NCBI GenBank assembly: GCA_030615855.1
Contig: JAUWYL010000001.1
Location: 139,008 to 203,007, forward strand
DNA length: 64,000 bases
Origin: a bacterium
Lineage (GTDB): Bacteria > UBP18 > UBA7526
Direction: 5' to 3'
In this document: positions 58,827 to 64,000 of the stretch, piece after piece
Position numbering within the stretch: the first letter of the stretch is position 1
Layout: every line of letters begins with the position of its first letter
Translations under genes and position numbers: made by a program
Notes under the pieces: model-generated
Databases searched by the model: none
The model's input: the letters and a program-made list of their open reading frames with translations, nothing else
What the model was told of the DNA's origin: nothing

Positions 58827-59555
58827 ATGACCAGAAGAGAGAAAAAATTACTATCAAAGTTAGATAAGAGCAGGATACCGGAGCATGTGGCCATCATCAT
58901 GGATGGTAATGGCCGCTGGGCAAAGCGGAGGGGTCTTCCTCGGATGGCCGGCCATCGTAGAGGAATAGCGAGGTTAAGAAAAATTGTTCCAGCGGCTAAG
59001 GATTATGGAATAAAAATCCTTTCCCTTTTTGCTTTTTCTACCGAGAACTGGAACCGGCCAAAGAGAGAGATCAGGGGTCTTTTCAAAACACTGGAGAGAT
59101 ACCTTAAAGATGAGGTAGAGGAATTAATGAGAAATGATACCTACTTACATCCCATCGGCAGATTGGAGAGGCTCCCTTCTTCTTTACAGAAAGAGCTATC
59201 CCGGGTGGAAAGAATCACCAGAAATAACAAAGGAATCATCCTCAACCTGGCCCTCAATTATGGAGGAAGAAGCGATATTGTGAATGCAGTAAAGAAAATA
59301 ATTGCCAATCGGCCAAAGAAAATAGATGAGGAAACTTTCTCAAAATATCTCTACACCTCTGGTCAATCGGACCCCGATCTTCTAATCAGAACAAGTGGGG
59401 AGATGAGAATCTCCAACTTCCTCCTCTGGCAATTGGCTTATACTGAAATTTATGTAACTCCTATTCTCTGGCCGGATTTCAAAAGGGAAGATCTTCTTCA
59501 GGCTGTTCTAGACTACCAGAAGAGGGAGAGGAGGTTCGGAAGGATTGAGGAATGA
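58827..59555 (+). CDS. uppS: undecaprenyl-diphosphate synthase
   Basis: HVAIIMDGNGRWA... Confidence 0.85.
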   Translation: MTRREKKLLSKLDKSRIPEHVAIIMDGNGRWAKRRGLPRMAGHRRGIARLRKIVPAAKDYGIKILSLFAFSTENWNRPKREIRGLFKTLERYLKDEVEELMRNDTYLHPIGRLERLPSSLQKELSRVERITRNNKGIILNLALNYGGRSDIVNAVKKIIANRPKKIDEETFSKYLYTSGQSDPDLLIRTSGEMRISNFLLWQLAYTEIYVTPILWPDFKREDLLQAVLDYQKRERRFGRIEE

Positions 59556-60399
59556 TATGTTAAGGACAAGGATCTTAAGCACCTTAGTTGCTGCACCCAT
59601 CCTGGCCTGGCTTATCTGGTATGGCTCCTGGCCCTTTTTAATTTTAATCATCGCTGCAATCCTCCTGGGCCTCTTCGAGTTCTACAATATGCCCAAGGTC
59701 AAGGGATTGAGGATCCTGCGCATTACAGGTATGGTCTGCAGCGTTCTTCTAGCCCTCTGTGCCTACTGGGGGAATGTCTACTATCTTGGTATACTCTTAA
59801 CCGCTTCTATTCTCTTACTCTTGATCATGCAGTTATTTGGGAAGAGGCCCTTAGAGACTATCACCAACCTCTCCTATACCATCCTGGGCCTCATCTATGT
59901 GGGCTGGCTCCTCTCCCATCAGTTACTCTTAAGGAGGGCCGTCTTTGGGGGGGAATATATTCTGCTTTTATTCTGGATTACCTGGTCCGGTGATATTGGA
60001 GCCTACACCTTTGGTACTACCTTAGGGAAGCATAAGCTCATTCCCAGGATAAGCCCGAAGAAGAGCATAGAGGGGGCGATAGGTGGTCTTCTCTTTAGCA
60101 TAGCGAGTGGCCTCTTGGCCTATTTCCTTCTTGAAGCAAGTCCTTTTCTTGGGAAATGGCTCTCAAGCCCTGGTCTCTCCCTGGTTCATTACTTCATTCT
60201 GGGATTAATTTTGGGGATTGTCGGGCAGTTCGGTGACCTCTGCGAATCCTTATTGAAACGGGGAGCGGAGATTAAGGATGCCGGTGGAATCATTCCCGGG
60301 CACGGGGGCCTCCTGGATGTTATGGATAGCCTCCTATTTACCTCTCCCGTGATGTACTATTACGTGATTCATGTGGTGGGAAGACTGAGGTTCTTTTGA
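59545..60399 (+). CDS. cdsA: phosphatidate cytidylyltransferase
   Basis: Polytopic membrane protein. C-terminal signature region. Confidence 0.8.
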   Translation: MRNDMLRTRILSTLVAAPILAWLIWYGSWPFLILIIAAILLGLFEFYNMPKVKGLRILRITGMVCSVLLALCAYWGNVYYLGILLTASILLLLIMQLFGKRPLETITNLSYTILGLIYVGWLLSHQLLLRRAVFGGEYILLLFWITWSGDIGAYTFGTTLGKHKLIPRISPKKSIEGAIGGLLFSIASGLLAYFLLEASPFLGKWLSSPGLSLVHYFILGLILGIVGQFGDLCESLLKRGAEIKDAGGIIPGHGGLLDVMDSLLFTSPVMYYYVIHVVGRLRFF

Positions 60400-60651
60400 A
60401 GGCGCGAATTAACGCGAACTGTAAAGCAAAAATGGAAGCAATTAAGACACGAATAGACACGAATAATGCAACCGCAAAAACGCCTGTCCGCCGTAATAGT
60501 ATTACTATGGAAGGCGGGCAAAATTTTCCGCCGAAGGCGGATCAGCCTCAGGCTGAAACTGAAAAAACGCAAAAAGAAAAGACGCGCCTGTCCCGTAGGA
60601 GCCCCGCTTTTCGCGGGATAAACTCCGCGACTTTACGGGGAATGGTCGCGA

Positions 60652-61794
60652 ATGATTAAGAGAAAAATTGTTGTGCTGGGCTCCACCGGCTCAGTGGGAA
60701 TAAATACCCTAAGGGTCGTTGAGAGTTTAGGGGATAGGTTTCAAGTCATTGGCCTGACAGCAAGGAAGAATATCAATCTCTTAGAGAAGCAGATAAGGAA
60801 GTTTCATCCTAAGATAGTGGCCTTAGTAGATAAAAAAAGCGCCCGAGAATTAAGAGGGCGCTTTAAAAGTATGAGGGTCATGAGCGGCCAAGAGGGAGTA
60901 ATCGAAGTCGCCCGATTAAAGGAAGCGGACCTGGTCGTCTCGGCCATTGTTGGCACCAGCGGTTTAATGCCCACCTTAGAAGCCATTAACGCAATAAAGA
61001 AAATCGCCTTGGCCAATAAGGAAGCCCTGGTCATGGCTGGGGAGATCGTGATGCAAGAGGCCCATAAGAGGGGAGTAGAAATTCTTCCCGTGGACAGCGA
61101 ACACTCGGCCATCTTCCAGTGTCTGAAGAAAGAAGGAAGGGGAAAGGTTTCGCGCATCATCCTCACCGCCTCTGGTGGACCATTCCTGGACTGGAGCCTC
61201 TCGAGATTAAAGTCGGTTACCCCCCAGGAAGCTCTCAAGCATCCCACCTGGGAGATGGGAAAGAAAATTACTATTGACTCTGCTACATTGATGAATAAGG
61301 GTTTGGAGGTGATCGAGGCCTATCATCTGTTTGGAATCGATATCGATAGGATAGAGGTAGTTATTCATCAGGAAGCGATTATCCATTCCCTGGTAGAATT
61401 CGTTGATGGAACGATGCTTGCCCATTTAGGAACCCCGGATATGCGTCTCCCCATTCAGTACGCTTTGACCTATCCAGAGAGGCTTCCCACCCCCCTAAAG
61501 AAACTGGATCTTACTAAAATTAGAAGACTCACCTTTCAGAAGCCAGATACCAAGAGATTTCCTTGTCTAAAATTGGCCTATGAATCAGCCAGAATAGGGG
61601 GAACGGCACCAGCGGTTCTGAATGCTACCAATGAGATTGCCGTCTCCCTATTCCTGAAGAAAAAGATCGGGTTCATGGAGATTCCGAGAATGATTAAGAA
61701 GGTATTGAATAGGCATAAGCCCATCAAGAACCCCACCCTAAGTAAAATTCTGAAGGCAGATGCCTGGGCAAGAGAGGAAGCCTTAAGATGTTAA
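60652..61794 (+). CDS. dxr: 1-deoxy-D-xylulose 5-phosphate reductoisomerase
   Basis: IVVLGSTGSVG... Confidence 0.9.
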   Translation: MIKRKIVVLGSTGSVGINTLRVVESLGDRFQVIGLTARKNINLLEKQIRKFHPKIVALVDKKSARELRGRFKSMRVMSGQEGVIEVARLKEADLVVSAIVGTSGLMPTLEAINAIKKIALANKEALVMAGEIVMQEAHKRGVEILPVDSEHSAIFQCLKKEGRGKVSRIILTASGGPFLDWSLSRLKSVTPQEALKHPTWEMGKKITIDSATLMNKGLEVIEAYHLFGIDIDRIEVVIHQEAIIHSLVEFVDGTMLAHLGTPDMRLPIQYALTYPERLPTPLKKLDLTKIRRLTFQKPDTKRFPCLKLAYESARIGGTAPAVLNATNEIAVSLFLKKKIGFMEIPRMIKKVLNRHKPIKNPTLSKILKADAWAREEALRC

Positions 61795-62906
61795 CTACAA
61801 TTATTGCCACCCTTATTCTTCTCGGCCCTACCATATTCTTCCATGAATTGGGCCATTTTCTTCTGGCCAAGAAGGCCGGCATTCGAGTAGAAACCTTTGC
61901 CTTGGGCTATGGCCGCAAGCTCTTTGGTTTTAAAAAGGGAGAAACGGAGTATATCATTCCCTGGTTCCCATTAATAGGGGGATATGTTAAATTAGCGGGC
62001 ATGGATCCTGGTGAAATAACCGGTGCTCTCTGGGAGTTCAACTCCAAATCTATTCTTCAGAGACTATCTGTCTTAGTATCTGGCCCTCTGATGCATTGGC
62101 TTTTGGCTTTCCTGGTTTTTACCACTATGTTTCTCTCCGGGGTTCCAGAATATCTTATTTCTCTTGAAGTAAGAGAAGTCTTAAAGGCTTCTCCTGCCCA
62201 AGAGATAGGGCTACAACCAGGCGATAGAATCTTCAAGATAAATGGAGTGGTAAAAAAAGATTTCTCCGAATTACGCACTCTCATTACTGAGCATCCAAGA
62301 GAAAAGATAATATTATCCATTATTCATGAAGGGAAAGAAATAACTAAAGAAGTTATACCCAGGCTCAATCCCAAGACAGGCAAAGGAGAAATTGGGATAG
62401 CCATAACACCCTTCCCAGAAAAAGAGATAGGAGTTAAAAAATACAATATTTTTCAGGCAATAGAAAGAGGGGTAAGACAGACAATCAATGTAACTCTTTT
62501 AATCCTCATCACCTTCTGGAAACTTATCACTCTTAAGATATCGGTTAGAAATCTAGCCGGCCCCCTATGGATCCCCCATATGGCAGGAGAGGCTGCCCGC
62601 CTGGGCCCATCATCCTTCCTTCTCTTCTTCGCCTTCTTAAATATTAATGTGGGAATAATCAACCTTCTTCCCATTCCCCTTCTGGATGGCGGTCATGTCC
62701 TCCTTTTAGGCATTGAGAAGATCAAGGGTTCCCCCTTAAATGACAGGGGAAGAGAGATTGCTCAGAAAATAGGAATATTCATTGTCGCTATGCTGGCAGC
62801 CCTTGTTTTCTCTAACGATATCAACAGATGGGTTCAGTTAAAGAAAATAGAAAAAGAAAAGTCTATTATAGAGAGAGTTCTTCCTCATGAAGAGAAGGCG
62901 AAGTAG
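61788..62906 (+). CDS. rseP: RIP zinc metalloprotease RseP-like (site-2 protease)
   Basis: HELGHFLLAKK HExxH motif, PDZ, and the LDGG motif. Confidence 0.8.
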   Translation: MLTTIIATLILLGPTIFFHELGHFLLAKKAGIRVETFALGYGRKLFGFKKGETEYIIPWFPLIGGYVKLAGMDPGEITGALWEFNSKSILQRLSVLVSGPLMHWLLAFLVFTTMFLSGVPEYLISLEVREVLKASPAQEIGLQPGDRIFKINGVVKKDFSELRTLITEHPREKIILSIIHEGKEITKEVIPRLNPKTGKGEIGIAITPFPEKEIGVKKYNIFQAIERGVRQTINVTLLILITFWKLITLKISVRNLAGPLWIPHMAGEAARLGPSSFLLFFAFLNINVGIINLLPIPLLDGGHVLLLGIEKIKGSPLNDRGREIAQKIGIFIVAMLAALVFSNDINRWVQLKKIEKEKSIIERVLPHEEKAK

Positions 62907-63945
62907 AAGAGTCAAGATAGGCAAAGTAGCTGTTGGTGGTGGGGCACCAGTCTCTGTCCAGTCCATGACCAAGACGGATACCAGCGATATAAAAGCAACG
63001 GTCAAACAGATTAAAGAGTTGGAAAGAGAGGGCTGTGAGATCATAAGGGTTGCCATTCCAGATAAAGAGGCAGCAAAAGCGATCCCCAAGATAAAGAAGA
63101 GAATAAAGATTCCCTTAATTGCCGATATTCACTTCGATTATCGGTTGGCCCTGGAAGCCCTGGAAAATGGAGCGGATGGCATAAGGATAAACCCCGGGAA
63201 TATCAGAGACAAAAAGAGAATTATCCAGATTGTAAGGAAAGCAAAAAAGAAGAGAATTCCCATAAGGATCGGAGTAAACTCCGGCTCTCTAGATAGAAAG
63301 AGATATAAAGGACCCTTAGCCCAAGCCATGGTGAGGAGCGCACAAGACTCTATAAAGATATTTGAGAAGCAAAAATTCTACGATATTATTATCTCTTTGA
63401 AAGCATCAGATGTTCTAACTACAATAAAAGCCTATAAATTAATGGCTAAGAGATGTAACTACCCCTTTCATCTGGGAATAACGGCCACCGGCCTTCCTCC
63501 CTTAGGAATAATTAAATCTGCTCTGGGCATTGGAAGCCTATTGCTTGAGGGAATTGGGGATACTATCAGGGTCTCCCTCACTGGCCCACCCCAAGAAGAG
63601 GTGAGGGTAGGCTATGAGATATTAAGAACTTTAGAGTTACGAAAAGGGATGGAGATACTTGCCTGCCCCACCTGTGGTCGCTGCGAAATAGACCTGATCA
63701 AGATAGCAAAAGAAGTTGCAAAAAAGGTTTACGGTGAACGGTTTACGGTTAACGGTAAACGGCCACTGAAAGTGGCCATCATGGGCTGTGTAGTGAATGG
63801 CCCGGGAGAGGCCAGGGAAGCAGATATCGGCATAGCAGGAGGAGAGAAGATAGGAGTAATCTTCAGAAAAGGCAGAGTAATAAAGAAGGTAAAAGAGAAA
63901 GATTTAGTCTCTACACTCTTGGCTGAGATAGAAAATATGATGTAA
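62887..63945 (+). CDS. ispG: 4-hydroxy-3-methylbut-2-enyl diphosphate synthase with in-frame heptamer-repeat insertion
   Basis: GcpE motifs, including C-terminal CPTCGRC. The repeat ggtttac ggtgaac ggtttac ggttaac ggtaaac lies at 63726-63762. Confidence 0.85.
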   Translation: MKRRRSRRVKIGKVAVGGGAPVSVQSMTKTDTSDIKATVKQIKELEREGCEIIRVAIPDKEAAKAIPKIKKRIKIPLIADIHFDYRLALEALENGADGIRINPGNIRDKKRIIQIVRKAKKKRIPIRIGVNSGSLDRKRYKGPLAQAMVRSAQDSIKIFEKQKFYDIIISLKASDVLTTIKAYKLMAKRCNYPFHLGITATGLPPLGIIKSALGIGSLLLEGIGDTIRVSLTGPPQEEVRVGYEILRTLELRKGMEILACPTCGRCEIDLIKIAKEVAKKVYGERFTVNGKRPLKVAIMGCVVNGPGEAREADIGIAGGEKIGVIFRKGRVIKKVKEKDLVSTLLAEIENMM

Positions 63946-64000
63946 ATTACATTATGTGTGACGCATTACTCTCGTCAGTCCGTCCATCCGTCAGTCCGTC

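Noticed and set aside
60396-60659. 87-aa ORF between cdsA and dxr
   Set aside because: Composition and palindromes suggest non-coding structure. No RBS, and it reads through GC dyads.

Overview
This window is a bacterial chromosomal segment of about 45% GC with an AGA/AGG-rich codon bias and mostly co-directional housekeeping genes. Recognisable genes include pdaD-speB, an AmmeMemoRadiSam cluster, a family-4 udg, priA, fmt, rpe, the rpsP-KH-rimM-trmD-rplS-lepB-rnhB-yraN block, dprA-smg-topA-xerC, and rpsB-tsf-frr-uppS-cdsA-dxr-rseP-ispG. The main accessory feature is an approximately 18.5 kb AT-rich integrated element (about 27994-46485) that splits the Mg-chelatase-like competence gene comM into an N-terminal fragment (27135-27998) and a C-terminal fragment (46511-47164). 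It carries a large serine recombinase at its right end. Its cargo includes a divergent prephenate-dehydratase/ACT-like protein, a GC-distinct 204-aa beta-rich orphan with its own promoter and terminator, a small SplB-like radical SAM protein, an XRE repressor, three lipoproteins, a SPPY-type (probably m4C) DNA methyltransferase with an overlapping partner ORF, and a MerR-like regulator behind a duplicated promoter. It also has a 1.3 kb ORF-free, palindrome-rich block. A roughly 90-bp repeat unit occurs four times in the element, with the first copy abutting the left junction, and three of the copies include an intrinsic terminator. The host DNA is rich in dispersed intergenic repeat families and in degenerate 7-nt tandem repeats, several of which are inserted in-frame in essential genes (fmt, trmD, ispG, udg). 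No rRNA, tRNA or CRISPR array was detected by eye. All functional calls are made from motif recognition in the translated ORFs and from sequence symmetry; no database search was possible.
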